From contig CADEDG010000001.1 in the NCBI GenBank assembly GCA_902826035.1, positions 38,305-102,304 of the forward strand: a stretch of DNA of 64,000 nucleotides, written 5' to 3'. The notes under the pieces are model-generated. The model did not search any database. It saw only the letters and a list, made by a program, of their open reading frames with translations, and had not been told where the DNA came from. The stretch is from an uncultured Alphaproteobacteria bacterium. Its GTDB lineage: Bacteria; Pseudomonadota; Alphaproteobacteria; Caulobacterales; Aquidulcibacteraceae. The position numbers were made by a program, and so were the translations under genes. Below are positions 1-10,018 of the stretch, one piece after another (the stretch's first letter is position 1; each line of letters begins with the position of its first letter).

Positions 1-2991
1 GTCGAGGATCAGGTCACCTATCCCTTGACCACGACGATGCTGTCCGTTCCGGGCGCGCGCACGGTCAGGGGCTATTCGTTTTTCGGCGACAGTTTCGTCT
101 ACATCATCTTTGGAGACGGCACGGACCTTTATTGGGCGCGCTCACGCGTGCTTGAATATCTCAATCAGGTCCAAGGCAGGCTTCCCTCTCAGGCGCGGTC
201 CTCGATCGGTCCTGACGCGACGGGCGTTGGCTGGGTGTTCCAGTACGCGCTGGTCGATCGCAGCGGCCGCCATGATCTTGGCCAATTGCGCAGCCTGCAG
301 GACTGGCTTTTGCGCTTTGAATTGAAGAGCGTGCCAGGTGTCGCCGAAGTCGCCTCGATTGGCGGCATGGTGCGCCAGTACCAGATCGTCTTGGATCCCG
401 AGCGCATGGCCGCTTACGGGATTAGCCAACAGCGCGTCGCCGATGCTGTGCGCGCCGCCAACGGCGAAGCTGGCGGCGCCGTTGTCGAGATGGCGGAAGC
501 AGAGCACATGGTGCGCGCCACCGGCTATTTGCGCACGCTTGAGGATTTCGACGCCATTCCGCTCGGCGTCAACGCCGCGGGCGTGCCCGTGCGGCTATCC
601 GATGTCGCGTGGGTGCAGATAGGCCCCGAGATGCGCCGCGGCATCGCCGAACTTAATGGCGAAGGCGAGGTCGCGGGCGGGGTCGCCATCATCCGCGCCG
701 GCGAGAATGCGCGCGAGGTGATCGCCGCCGTGCGTGCAAGGCTTACAGAACTTCAGCGCAGCCTTCCTGAAGGTGTGGAGATCGTCACCACCTACGACCG
801 CTCCAATCTGATCGACCGCGCGATCGAGAACCTCACCAGCAAACTCGCCGAGGAATTCATCGTCGTCGCCCTCGTGTGCGCGCTCTTCCTCTTCCATCTG
901 CGTTCGGCGCTCGTCGCCGTCATCACGCTACCCTTGGGAGTGGGCGCGGCCTTCCTGGTGATGCGTGTGCAAGGCGTCGACGCCAACATCATGTCGCTCT
1001 CCGGCATCGCCATCGCCATTGGCGCCATGGTCGATGCGGCCATCGTCATGATTGAGAATGCGCACAAGAAACTCGAACGATGGCGCGACGAGCACGACGG
1101 AGAAATGCCGAAGGGCGCCGACCACTGGCGCGTCATCACCGACGCGTCAATCGAGGTAGGCCCTGCGCTCTTCTTCAGCCTCCTCATCATCACGCTCTCG
1201 TTCCTGCCCGTGTTCACGCTGCAAGCCCAAGAGGGGCGGCTCTTTGCACCGCTCGCCTTCACCAAGACCTATGCGATGGCTGCGTCCGCGGCGCTCGCGG
1301 TGACGCTGACGCCTGTGCTGATGGGCTACTGGATCCGCGGCAAGATTCCTCACGAGGACGCAAATCCAATCAATCGGTGGCTCGCCTCGCTCTACCGGCC
1401 GGCAATCGATTTCGCTTTGGCGACGCCGAAGCTCGTGCTGCTGATCGCGGCGCTCGCGCTTGCAACGACCGCCTGGCCCTTGTCGCGCCTAGGCGGCGAG
1501 TTCATGCCGATGATGGACGAGGGCGACCTCTTATACATGCCCACAGCTTTGCCGGGCTTGTCGGCGGGCGAAGCTTCGGAATTGCTGCAGCAGACCGACC
1601 GGCTCATCCGCACCGTGCCGGAAGTGGAGAGCGTGTTCGGCAAGGCGGGGCGCGCTGAGTCCGCCACCGATCCCGCGCCGCTTGAAATGTTCGAGACCAC
1701 CATTCGTCTGAGGCCGCGCTCTGAGTGGCGGCAGGGCATGACGCCAGAACGTCTGATCGAAGAGCTTGACCGAACCGTGCGCGTGCCTGGCCTTACCAAT
1801 GTCTGGGTGCCGCCGATCCGCAACCGCATCGACATGCTGGCGACCGGGATCAAGAGCCCGATCGGCGTCAAGGTAGGCGGCCCTGATCTGGCTTCGATCG
1901 AGCAGGCCGCTCGTGCAATCGAGGCGGTGGCGCGCACTGTTCCAGGCGTCTCTTCGGCAATTGCTGAGCGCATTTCGGGCGGGCGCTATGTCAATGTCGA
2001 GATCGACCGCTTCGCCGCGGCGCGTTACGGCCTCAACGTCGCCGACGTTCAAGAGGTGGTCTCCGGGGCGATTGGGGGAGAAAACATCGGCGAGGTGATC
2101 GCCGGGCGCGCGCGCTATCCGATCAATCTGCGTTATCCACGCGAAGTGCGCGATACGCTCGACCGATTGATCGCGCTGCCGGTTGTGACTGAAGCGGGTT
2201 TGCGTCTCACGCTTGGCGAAGTCGCCAATATCGAGATCGCCGACGGTCCCGCCATGATCCGCAGCGAGAACGGCCGGTTATCGGCGTTCATCTATGTCGA
2301 TGTGCGCGGGCGCGACCTTGCCTCCGTCGTGGGTGATCTGAGGCGGTCCGTTGCAAGCAGGGTGGAACTACCGGCGGGGGTCAGCGTCGCCTATTCCGGG
2401 CAATTCGAGTATCTTGAGCGGGCGGCCCAACGCCTTCTGATCGTAGGCCCGGCCACCCTCTTCATCATCTTCCTCTTGCTCTATTTCACCTTCCGCCGCT
2501 TCGATGAGGCGGCGATCGTGATGGCCAGCCTTCCGTTCGCGCTCACCGGCGGCATCTGGCTGGTCTATCTCCTCGGTTACGACTTCTCCGTCGCGGTCGC
2601 TGTCGGCTTCATTGCTCTTGCTGGGCTTGCGGCCGAATTTGGCGTGGTCATGCTGATCTATCTGAAGAATGCGCTCAAGGAGCGCGTTGAACGCGGCGAG
2701 ACGATCACGCCGGACGTGGTGGCCGACGCCGTGCGCGAAGGCGCACTGCTGCGGCTGCGCCCCAAGGCTATGACCGTCGCGGTGATTTTGGCCGGCCTCT
2801 TCCCCATCCTGTGGACCGGCGGCGCAGGCGCGGAAGTCATGCGCCGCATCGCTGCGCCCCTGGTCGGGGGCATGCTGTCTGCGCCGCTTCTGTCTTTGTT
2901 CGTGATACCGGCGGCCTATCTCATGATCCGGCGGATGGAACTCAAGCACCCATCTCCGAATTCATCGGCTCCGCAGATCGCTTTGCAGTGA
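1..2991 (+). CDS. cusA: CusA-type heavy-metal (Cu+/Ag+) RND efflux permease, 5'-truncated by the window edge
   Basis: Frame is open from base 1 ([19 protein letters not shown]). Has CusA motifs [36 protein letters not shown] and LRLRPKAMT. Confidence 0.95.
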   Translation, partial: VEDQVTYPLTTTMLSVPGARTVRGYSFFGDSFVYIIFGDGTDLYWARSRVLEYLNQVQGRLPSQARSSIGPDATGVGWVFQYALVDRSGRHDLGQLRSLQDWLLRFELKSVPGVAEVASIGGMVRQYQIVLDPERMAAYGISQQRVADAVRAANGEAGGAVVEMAEAEHMVRATGYLRTLEDFDAIPLGVNAAGVPVRLSDVAWVQIGPEMRRGIAELNGEGEVAGGVAIIRAGENAREVIAAVRARLTELQRSLPEGVEIVTTYDRSNLIDRAIENLTSKLAEEFIVVALVCALFLFHLRSALVAVITLPLGVGAAFLVMRVQGVDANIMSLSGIAIAIGAMVDAAIVMIENAHKKLERWRDEHDGEMPKGADHWRVITDASIEVGPALFFSLLIITLSFLPVFTLQAQEGRLFAPLAFTKTYAMAASAALAVTLTPVLMGYWIRGKIPHEDANPINRWLASLYRPAIDFALATPKLVLLIAALALATTAWPLSRLGGEFMPMMDEGDLLYMPTALPGLSAGEASELLQQTDRLIRTVPEVESVFGKAGRAESATDPAPLEMFETTIRLRPRSEWRQGMTPERLIEELDRTVRVPGLTNVWVPPIRNRIDMLATGIKSPIGVKVGGPDLASIEQAARAIEAVARTVPGVSSAIAERISGGRYVNVEIDRFAAARYGLNVADVQEVVSGAIGGENIGEVIAGRARYPINLRYPREVRDTLDRLIALPVVTEAGLRLTLGEVANIEIADGPAMIRSENGRLSAFIYVDVRGRDLASVVGDLRRSVASRVELPAGVSVAYSGQFEYLERAAQRLLIVGPATLFIIFLLLYFTFRRFDEAAIVMASLPFALTGGIWLVYLLGYDFSVAVAVGFIALAGLAAEFGVVMLIYLKNALKERVERGETITPDVVADAVREGALLRLRPKAMTVAVILAGLFPILWTGGAGAEVMRRIAAPLVGGMLSAPLLSLFVIPAAYLMIRRMELKHPSPNSSAPQIALQ

Positions 2992-3004
2992 GGAGGCTAA
3001 CGCT

Positions 3005-3352
3005 ATGCTGAGACATCTAGTCCTGACCGCCGCGCTCTTGGGCGCAGCCTGCACGCCGCCCGCTGGCGATGGGGCGCAGAGCCCAGCGACCGACCAGGCC
3101 GAACCCGCCGCGGCAGCGGGAGAGGCCGCGCCAGTCAGCGCGACGGGAACGGTGACGGCCGTGGATGCGGCAGCCGGCACAATCTCGATCGATCACGGCG
3201 CGATCGCTGCGATCAATTGGCCTGCAATGGAGATGCAATTCACCGCGCAGGATCCAGCGATCCTGCAGGGGATCGCTGTCGGCGATCGCGTCCAGTTTGA
3301 ACTGAAGAGCGCCGTTGAAAGCACGGTTGTGACGGCGGTTCGCAAGGATTAG
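3005..3352 (+). CDS. cusF: CusF-family periplasmic copper-binding lipoprotein
   Basis: Lipobox LGAAC; IDHGAIAAINWPAMEMQF carries the H-W-M-x-M CusF site; GGAGG RBS; directly after cusA. Confidence 0.9.
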   Translation: MLRHLVLTAALLGAACTPPAGDGAQSPATDQAEPAAAAGEAAPVSATGTVTAVDAAAGTISIDHGAIAAINWPAMEMQFTAQDPAILQGIAVGDRVQFELKSAVESTVVTAVRKD

Positions 3353-3367
3353 CGCTTGAAGGCCCGC

Positions 3368-3391
3368 GGGGAAAGGCCGGCTGGTGCGTAT
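3368..3391 (+). promoter_or_regulatory. Putative ECF promoter GGG-N15-GCGTAT upstream of the 3418 ORF
   Basis: GGGGAAAGGCCGGCTGGTGCGTAT. Confidence 0.65.
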
Positions 3392-3417
3392 CAGTAGTGA
3401 AGGGTGGACGAACCCTG

Positions 3418-3729
3418 ATGCGGACACTAGCGCTCTTTGTGTTGAGCCTCGCTTTGATCATGGCGCTTACGCCGCAGTCTGCGCGCGCCTGTGTCCCGCA
3501 TCAGGCCCCTGCCTGCGTTTCGATCGATTGTACAATGAACAACCAATGTGAGGAGGGCCAAAAGGCGTGCGCCCTCTGCTGTGCAACAGCTTGCGCTGTA
3601 GCAGCAGCGCTCGCGGAGAACGCAGCCGCTTTGCCCGCGCCGCCGCACCCGCATTTTGCCCGCTCGCCCTCGCAGCGCGTTCGCGTCGGCTATCGCTCGC
3701 ACGATCCTCCCGTGCCTCGTCTCGGTTGA
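3418..3729 (+). CDS. Small exported Cys-rich protein (DUF2946-like putative metal-binding protein)
   Basis: Signal peptide, CALCCATAC cluster and C-terminal PPVPR, an architecture typical of small ORFs beside metal-efflux genes. Confidence 0.6.
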   Translation: MRTLALFVLSLALIMALTPQSARACVPHQAPACVSIDCTMNNQCEEGQKACALCCATACAVAAALAENAAALPAPPHPHFARSPSQRVRVGYRSHDPPVPRLG

Positions 3730-3809
3730 ACGCTTCTCGCGCTGGCGCACGCCCGGAGGAAACCCCGGACCGCGCTCACTTCAATCTCAAGACAAGTACG
3801 AGGATCATC

Positions 3810-4100
3810 ATGCGTGTTCTTATCCTTGCGGCCGCGATGGCGCTGGTCGCTCAACCCGCGTTCGCGCACCATAAACCGAACCATCGCGACTTCGTCTCGC
3901 GCGCAGAGGCGAGCGCAGCCGCGCCCGATGCGTGTGCGGCGCGCCGACACCGCCATCGTCAGGCCGGCAGTCAGCAGGCGTTGGCCCAGCACTGCCGCGA
4001 GCTTCGTGAGGCGCTGCGCGCCGCGCCCGGCGATGAAGGCTTGCGCGCGCGTTGCGATCAGGCCGCGCACGCCTTGAGCGGGCGCCCGTGCGAGGACTGA
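3810..4100 (+). CDS. Small secreted His/Cys-containing hypothetical protein
   Basis: GAGGA RBS, ATG at 3810, signal peptide ending PAFA, mature N-terminus HHKPNH, four Cys. Confidence 0.65.
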   Translation: MRVLILAAAMALVAQPAFAHHKPNHRDFVSRAEASAAAPDACAARRHRHRQAGSQQALAQHCRELREALRAAPGDEGLRARCDQAAHALSGRPCED

Positions 4101-4295
4101 TGGCGTCAGTGGCGAGGCGGCGAGAACGTTAGCGCGTTTCGCGCCGCTTCGGTCCTTCGGTCTCGATGGGTGGCGATCCACGCGGCGCGCACATCCCGCA
4201 TGCGGATTGAAAGTGGCGAGGATTGGAACGCTAACGCCCAGGGCGCCGTTGGAGAGGAATGAGGCGCCCTGTGGCGCGATCGATGGAGTCTCGTC

Positions 4296-4760
4296 ATGGA
4301 AGCAACAGGCAGCCACCATAAGCCCTACGCCCGGCTCGCGATCATGGCGTTGCTTTCCTTCGTCGCCATGTATGCGCTGATGTATGCGATGGTGGATCGC
4401 TTCGCGAACGTCTACCCCAACCTCAATCAAGCCTATATGGCCGCGTTAATGGCAGCGCCGATGGTCGCCATCGAGATCGTATTGATGGCCTCGATGTATC
4501 CGAACCAGCGGACCAACGCCCTCATTCTGGCCGGCAGCGCGCTTGTGCTGGTCGGCGCATTCTGGGCGATCCGTGAACAAGGCGCCATTGGTGACGACGA
4601 GTTTTTACGCTCGATGATCCCCCACCATGCGGGCGCGATCCTGATGTGTGAGGAGGCCTCGATCAGCGACGCCGAGATCCGGGAACTTTGCGGCGCCATC
4701 ATCGAGAGCCAGCGCCAGGAGATCGCGACCATGAAGCAGATGCTTGATCGCCGCGGCTGA
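4296..4760 (+). CDS. DUF305-family Met/His-rich protein with N-terminal membrane segments
   Basis: FLRSMIPHHAGAILMC and IIESQRQEIATMK are DUF305 motifs. Confidence 0.85.
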   Translation: MEATGSHHKPYARLAIMALLSFVAMYALMYAMVDRFANVYPNLNQAYMAALMAAPMVAIEIVLMASMYPNQRTNALILAGSALVLVGAFWAIREQGAIGDDEFLRSMIPHHAGAILMCEEASISDAEIRELCGAIIESQRQEIATMKQMLDRRG

Positions 4761-4774
4761 GCGCCCCTTTGTGT

Positions 4775-6043
4775 CTAACGCAGGCGCGCATCGAGAAAAT
4801 CGAACGTGACTTGCCAATCGGCGTCGTTGATCCCGTGTGTGCCCCCGCGCAGCGCAAATCTGGGCGGCGGCGCCTCTAGCAGGTCAAACGCCGGGCGCGC
4901 GCCGGCCAGCGCCATATAGGCGCCTTGAGGATCGGCCCAAGCGTCGCGCTCGGCGTGCCCGATGAGGAGAGGGCGCGGAGCGATCAGCGCCAGCAATTGG
5001 TGTTGGTCAACGGGCGGATCTCGCCGCGCATAATTGCGGTAGCGCGGCGAAAACCAGTGCGGATAAATCCGCGTAATCGCAGCGACGCTCTCCCCGGCGC
5101 GATGCGCCGTCAATGCGTCGCCGCCGCGGCCTGACTGCAATGCGATCACGGCATCGATGCGTGGATCAAGTGCGCCGGCCAGCAGCGCGACTTTGCCAAA
5201 CCGTGACTGACCCCAAGCGACGATCCGCTCGTGATCGAAGCGCGGATCGTCCTCGATGACATCGACGACGCGCGCATGTGTCCAGGTCCAGGCTGCAATC
5301 GCGCCATCGGCATCCAACACGCGCAAGGCATCAGGCGCATCCGGCGCATGATCAGGCACGACATCGCCGCCATAGAAAAGTGCAAGCGCATAGCCGCGCT
5401 TGGCGATTCGCGCGAAAGGAGGTCCCAGCATCCACCGCCCGAACGCGGCTTGATGCAAAGGATCGAAGGCGCCGTGCCGGCAGGGGATTGGATATTGGTT
5501 CCGCGGCCCCGCTATTGCGCGGGGGCGTGCGGGAAACGCGGCCTGATTGCCGCAGAAGTTCTGCATGACGATGACCGGCGCCGGTCCATCCCCAGGCGGC
5601 ATGACCAGGACAAGGTTAAACTGGACACCATCGCCAACCTCGACCTCGATCTGCTCGACGCCAGCAACGCCGCCAGCGTCGCCAGCAGCGATTGAAATGC
5701 GCCGCACGGCGCGCGCGCGAACTTCTGCGGGCAGAGGGCCATAGATTTCCGCTTGCAGTGCGGCCACGATGCGCTGGCGTTGGTCTTGCCAGGCGTCTGG
5801 CGTGGCAACGCGCACACCGGAAGCGTCATCAAGTGCGTTAGGCGCGGCGGACGCAAGCGCGCGCCTGTCGAGCGCGACCGCGCGGTAGGGGCCCGCAGAA
5901 TAGAGCCATGCCAACACAGCGGCGGCCACCGTCACCGCAGCTAGCGCTTTCTTCGCCCTTGGGCCGATGCGCGCGCTTCGTTCCGTCATGGGTTCGATCT
6001 CAGCTCCACCGCGGCGTTCGTCGTGCGCGCGGCCCTCTGTCAT
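4775..6043 (-). CDS. CE15/glucuronoyl-esterase-like alpha/beta hydrolase (start may be 5989)
   Basis: GQSRFGK nucleophile motif (G-x-S-R-x-G-K), LQSGRGG and QHQLLALIAPRPL. Confidence 0.75.
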   Translation of the reverse strand: MTEGRAHDERRGGAEIEPMTERSARIGPRAKKALAAVTVAAAVLAWLYSAGPYRAVALDRRALASAAPNALDDASGVRVATPDAWQDQRQRIVAALQAEIYGPLPAEVRARAVRRISIAAGDAGGVAGVEQIEVEVGDGVQFNLVLVMPPGDGPAPVIVMQNFCGNQAAFPARPRAIAGPRNQYPIPCRHGAFDPLHQAAFGRWMLGPPFARIAKRGYALALFYGGDVVPDHAPDAPDALRVLDADGAIAAWTWTHARVVDVIEDDPRFDHERIVAWGQSRFGKVALLAGALDPRIDAVIALQSGRGGDALTAHRAGESVAAITRIYPHWFSPRYRNYARRDPPVDQHQLLALIAPRPLLIGHAERDAWADPQGAYMALAGARPAFDLLEAPPPRFALRGGTHGINDADWQVTFDFLDARLR

Positions 6044-6067
6044 TTACGCACGACGCCAGCAAATCCC
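6044..6067 (-). promoter_or_regulatory. Putative ECF promoter upstream of the CE15-like gene
   Basis: Minus strand GGGATTTGCTGGCGTCGTGCGTAA. Confidence 0.5.
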
Positions 6068-6171
6068 GCGCGCGCCGTCGCTGAATGTCATGCCGCCAGC
6101 AAACTTTCTGACCGCTTCGTTGACCTAGCTTGTGAGCATTGGCGACGCAGGTCATGCTCTGGAGTGCCGGG

Positions 6172-6247
6172 GCCGCCCTAGCTCAGTGGTAGAGCAGCGC
6201 AATTGTAATGCGAAGGTCGGGTGTTCGAATCACCTGGGCGGCCTCCA
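6172..6247 (+). tRNA. tRNA-Thr(UGU)
   Basis: Cloverleaf: acceptor GCCGCCC/GGGCGGC, D arm GCTC-AGTGGTA-GAGC, anticodon loop ATTGTAA (TGT at 6204-6206), T arm GGGTG-TTCGAAT-CACCT, 3' CTCCA. Confidence 0.93.
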
Positions 6248-6551
6248 CGTTTTTGTGCTCAGCGTGAGCCGCCCTTTGGGTCAGTCTAATGAGCGGCGTC
6301 TGCGCTCGGGCTCGGGCTCGTTCCCGGTAATGGAAGCGTAAATTGAAGGCTTAGGTCAGCCGGACGGCGTCTTAGGGTATGACGACCCACGGCGGCGCTC
6401 AAAGGCTGCGGCGATGCTAGCGCGAATAGGCTAGGCGGGGCTCTGATCGAAACGGAACCGCAGAGCTTGGGATTGCTTGATTGAGCGCAATGACAGGCGC
6501 AAGCCAACGTGGCTGGTCAGTCGTTGCGCTAGCCCGAATCGGAGCAAACCC

Positions 6552-7052
6552 ATGCGTATCACCTTCACCCGCACTCTGGCGGCCACAGCGCTCAGCCTCG
6601 TCATAAGCGCGTGCGCCGGCGCGCCCGGCGGCGCCATGGCCGGGCGTCAATCCAGCATGCAGCATGAAGGCGGAATGATGCACGGTGGCGACATGATGAT
6701 GTCGATGGGACCGATGGTCGGATGCCCAGGCTCGACCGCAAGTGTTGACGCGCGCTTGGCGTCCTTGCACGCAACGCTGCGGATCACGGGTACGCAGGAA
6801 GCGCTCTGGGCGACGTACGCCGACGCTTATCGCCGGAGCGCGTCATCGATGGGAATGGGAGCGATGGGCTCCATGGGCGCCATGCCGTTGCCCCAGCGTC
6901 TTCAGCATCATGAAACGATGATGTCGACCCATCTTACTTCCCTTCATGACCTTCGCGCGGCGCTTTCGCCTTTGTATGCATCGCTGAGCGCCGAGCAGAA
7001 GGCGATCGCCGATGCGATGGCGTGCGACAGGCCAATGCAAGCGCGGCCTTGA
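6552..7052 (+). CDS. Spy/CpxP (LTXXQ)-family periplasmic chaperone-like lipoprotein with Met/His-rich N-terminus
   Basis: Lipobox ISAC; LRITGTQEALW and LYASLSAEQKAIAD; MQHEGGMMHGGDMMMSM. Confidence 0.8.
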   Translation: MRITFTRTLAATALSLVISACAGAPGGAMAGRQSSMQHEGGMMHGGDMMMSMGPMVGCPGSTASVDARLASLHATLRITGTQEALWATYADAYRRSASSMGMGAMGSMGAMPLPQRLQHHETMMSTHLTSLHDLRAALSPLYASLSAEQKAIADAMACDRPMQARP

Positions 7053-7055
7053 GCC

Positions 7056-7442
7056 GTGAGCTATTATTTCTCGAAGGTTATCGACGCGCCGTTCTCCGAG
7101 GCGGTGGCGCGCACAAAGGCCGCGCTCTCGGCGCACGGCTTTGGCGTGCTGAGCGAGATTGATGTCGCGGCGACCCTGAAGGCGAAGATTGGCGCTGAGA
7201 TGGCGCCCTATCTCATTCTAGGCGCCTGCAATCCCGAATATGCCCACCGTGCGCTCCAGGCCGAGTCCAAGATCGGGACTATGCTGCCGTGCAACGTGAT
7301 CGTGCGCGAGGAAGCGCCGGGAAGGGTCGAGATCGCGGCGGTGGATCCGGTGGCCTCGATGCAAGCAGTGCACAATCCGGCCCTCGCCGAAATCGCGGGG
7401 CCAGTTCGAATGCTCTTGCAGGATGTCATTGAAAAGCTCTAG
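7056..7442 (+). CDS. DUF302 domain protein
   Basis: GFGVLSEID, YLILGACNP and GTMLPCNV motifs. Confidence 0.9.
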   Translation: MSYYFSKVIDAPFSEAVARTKAALSAHGFGVLSEIDVAATLKAKIGAEMAPYLILGACNPEYAHRALQAESKIGTMLPCNVIVREEAPGRVEIAAVDPVASMQAVHNPALAEIAGPVRMLLQDVIEKL

Positions 7443-7738
7443 GCGCCTTTGCGCCGGGCGCATGAGACCGCAAACGTACCATGTGCTGGGCCGCCAAGCG
7501 CCCCCCCGCGTGCTCGCCATCCTGATAGCCCGCGTGTCCGCGCGTATCGAGTGCCGCTTTGCTCTAAAGCCTTCGACACGGTCGGCCTAGAGACGCGCGC
7601 TCGGAGGAAAAGGGTGGCGCACGCGACCACGGAAGTTGGCTTTCCGACGCCGGGAAGCCTTTCATGGGGACTTTCTGTCGTCGAAGTCAGAGACGACGGG
7701 GATACTGCAAGCATGCGCGCGCAACGTGGCCTCGGTCG

Positions 7739-8425
7739 TCAGAACGCCAAGTGCCCAGCGCCGTGGGTGACCTCCGCGCCTAGATAGGCCTGGCCGAGGA
7801 TCACCAGCACTGTGAGTGCAAGCGTGATTTCATAGAGCCGCCCGCCTAGACGCACCGCGGCCTCGTCAACCGGCTTCTTGAGCCACCACACGAACATGAT
7901 GAGGAAGGGGATTGCAGTGCCGATCCAGCGATGCAGCACCAAAGCGGCTTCATCGTCGGCCGCAGGCAGGCCCGCGTTCGCCCAGCCCAAAGGCGCGGCG
8001 GCGAAGGCGCCGAGCGTCGCCACGGCGAGCAGGATCTTGTTGCTCGCCGCATAGATGGGTTTTTGCCGAAACGCCGCCGCCGCTTCGAGGAAGGCGACAG
8101 TCAGCAACAAAGCGATGGGAAAATGGATGACGGCTGGGTGCCACACGCCGAGCCAGCGTATGATCCGGCCCGACAAGGTCGTCGGGCGCGCATCATGATC
8201 CATCATCATCCCGCCCGCGCCTTCGGCGCTCGGCCACGTCATTTCTCCGGGCTGCATAGCGCCCATGTCGTGTTCGGGCGCGGTTTGCGATGAGTCGGTT
8301 TGCGCTGCCTGCGGGGGATGTTCTTCGCCTCTGTGGGCCAAGGAGATCTGAGGGGTGAAGAGCAGCAGCGAAAGCGTCACGGCCAGCATCGCCGCAATGC
8401 GGACCGTCAATTTCTTGTGCGCCAT
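7739..8425 (-). CDS. DUF2231-family membrane protein with N-terminal His/Met segment
   Basis: HPAVIHFPIALL, LHRWIG and GAEVTHG motifs; GAGGGG RBS before ATG 8425. Confidence 0.8.
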   Translation of the reverse strand: MAHKKLTVRIAAMLAVTLSLLLFTPQISLAHRGEEHPPQAAQTDSSQTAPEHDMGAMQPGEMTWPSAEGAGGMMMDHDARPTTLSGRIIRWLGVWHPAVIHFPIALLLTVAFLEAAAAFRQKPIYAASNKILLAVATLGAFAAAPLGWANAGLPAADDEAALVLHRWIGTAIPFLIMFVWWLKKPVDEAAVRLGGRLYEITLALTVLVILGQAYLGAEVTHGAGHLAF

Positions 8426-8491
8426 CTTGTTCCCCTCAAAAGCGCGCCGCACGCGCGAGCGTTAGCCCACGCGTGCGACGTATTGGCCCGC

Positions 8492-8824
8492 CTAAAGTAC
8501 GTGGATTTCCGTCACCATCGGGCGGCCATTGTCGTTCATAAGCTCGAAGTGAACACGCTGCCCAACGCTCACGCCTTGCAGCACCGCAGCTGAGTGAACG
8601 CGGAAGGTCATCGTCATGGCCGGCCAACCGAGGCTTGCGATGGGACCGTGATTGAGCGTGACTGTGCCGGCTTGCGCGTCGATGGCGGTGACGGTGCCTT
8701 CGCCCTCCGCCGTCTGCGGCACGGCCTGATGTTGTTCGCCTTGATGGGCGAGGGCAGGCGCGGTCAGGGCAAAGCTTGACACCATCGCCGCGGCGATTGC
8801 ACTGACCAGAAGTTTGGCTTTCAT
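8492..8824 (-). CDS. cusF: Second CusF-family copper-binding protein
   Basis: Signal peptide; VTLNHGPIASLGWPAMTMTF. Confidence 0.92.
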   Translation of the reverse strand: MKAKLLVSAIAAAMVSSFALTAPALAHQGEQHQAVPQTAEGEGTVTAIDAQAGTVTLNHGPIASLGWPAMTMTFRVHSAAVLQGVSVGQRVHFELMNDNGRPMVTEIHVL

Positions 8825-8868
8825 TTCGAATTCTCCGTTGGTGAGCGTCGGGGCCGCTCACATCCTTC

Positions 8869-8892
8869 ATACGCGCGCTTATAGCCAATCCC
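8869..8892 (-). promoter_or_regulatory. Putative ECF promoter upstream of cusF-2/DUF2231
   Basis: Minus strand (A)GGGATTGGCTATAAGCGCGCGTAT. Confidence 0.75.
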
Positions 8893-9633
8893 TCAACCGT
8901 CGGCGCCAGCGCTCGCCGCAGGCCCGCTTTTGCGCCGGCGCCCGCTTCCAAACCGGATGCGGTAGGGGATGAGCACGATGCCGGCGATCACCGACAGCAG
9001 CGTGATGGCGGTGACAGCGATGATGAGCGGGTGATTGAAGTCCTCATGATTTTGCCAATCCATGATGTGGAGCGCCCACAGAGTGTCGTAGAGCCGCCAC
9101 ATGTCGGAACGCCGCGCCGTGACCGCGCCGGTATTGGCCGCGACATAGACCGCCAACCCGCCATCAGCGAATTGCGCCCGCCAAGCCGGAAGGGCGCCTC
9201 GATATTCAGGGCTCTCGGCTTCGATGAGTTCGACACGTTCGGGAGCGTCGCCAAGTGTGACGTGCGCGCGCGCGATCGCCGTCGCGATCTCGGCGTCGAG
9301 CGGCGACACTTGCCGCAGCGTTGAAGCGTCCAAGAGCGCGGGCGCGCCATCGGCGAATTCGGCGACAATGACTTCGCCCATGACCGGGCGCGTCTCGATC
9401 GTGAGCTTGACCGGCGCACGGCCTTGCGCGTCGCGGATTTGCGCCAATGCGGCGGCGTTCGAAACAGTGAGCGTTCGCACTGTTTCAGCCGGGCGGATGA
9501 GATGTTCACTGCGAATTTGTTCGATCGGGATGATCGTGAAGACAAATCCGCTCACCACCCAAAAAACGATTTGCACCCCGACCAGCAGCGCCAGCCATTT
9601 GTGCACGAACGACGCCAAACGTGCGAGATTCAC
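8893..9633 (-). CDS. PepSY-associated TM-helix membrane protein
   Basis: HKWLALLVGVQIVFWVVSG and WRLYDTLWALHIMDW; common in cop clusters. Confidence 0.85.
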   Translation of the reverse strand: MNLARLASFVHKWLALLVGVQIVFWVVSGFVFTIIPIEQIRSEHLIRPAETVRTLTVSNAAALAQIRDAQGRAPVKLTIETRPVMGEVIVAEFADGAPALLDASTLRQVSPLDAEIATAIARAHVTLGDAPERVELIEAESPEYRGALPAWRAQFADGGLAVYVAANTGAVTARRSDMWRLYDTLWALHIMDWQNHEDFNHPLIIAVTAITLLSVIAGIVLIPYRIRFGSGRRRKSGPAASAGADG

Positions 9634-9696
9634 GATGTCCCCCCCCGGTGTCTAGTATTCTACATCGCGCGCGCTGACGGCGCGGCCTTCACAGCA

Positions 9697-9993
9697 TTAT
9701 TGATGCCCTGGCGGATGCTCCATGTTGGGCATTTCCGACATGTCGTGGTCGGGCATTGTCTGTTCGGGCGGCGGCGTTGGCGCCGGCGCCGGCTGGGCGC
9801 GTGGACGCTGGGGCGCAGGCGTGCTCGCTTCAGGAGCAGGTTGAGGAGGTGCGGTCTCTGGCGCAGGCGTCGGCGCTACCGCAGCCGGTTCCTCGACCGC
9901 CGCGCTGTCTGCCGGCGCCGCACTGTCCTGATTGGCTGGCTGGCAGGCCGCCAAAGCAACGGCGGCAACCGCCATGATCGCGATCTTTCTCAT
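9697..9993 (-). CDS. Pro-rich lipoprotein with Met/His C-terminal tail
   Basis: GGAGA RBS; lipobox LAAC; tail MPDHDMSEMPNMEHPPGHQ. Confidence 0.75.
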   Translation of the reverse strand: MRKIAIMAVAAVALAACQPANQDSAAPADSAAVEEPAAVAPTPAPETAPPQPAPEASTPAPQRPRAQPAPAPTPPPEQTMPDHDMSEMPNMEHPPGHQ

Positions 9994-10018
9994 CTTGGCT
10001 TCTCCATATGCGTCTTCA

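Noticed and set aside
6225-6247. att-site duplicate of the tRNA 3' end
   Set aside because: No second copy was noticed in this window by eye. This is not an exhaustive search.
7443-7738. Gene remnant between DUF302 and DUF2231
   Set aside because: No frame gave a recognisable protein, and GCGTAT at 7542 lacks a correctly spaced GGG.
9661-9690. Possible motif before the PepSY gene (AAGG..GCGATG)
   Set aside because: Both boxes deviate, and the gene may simply be read through from the cop operon.
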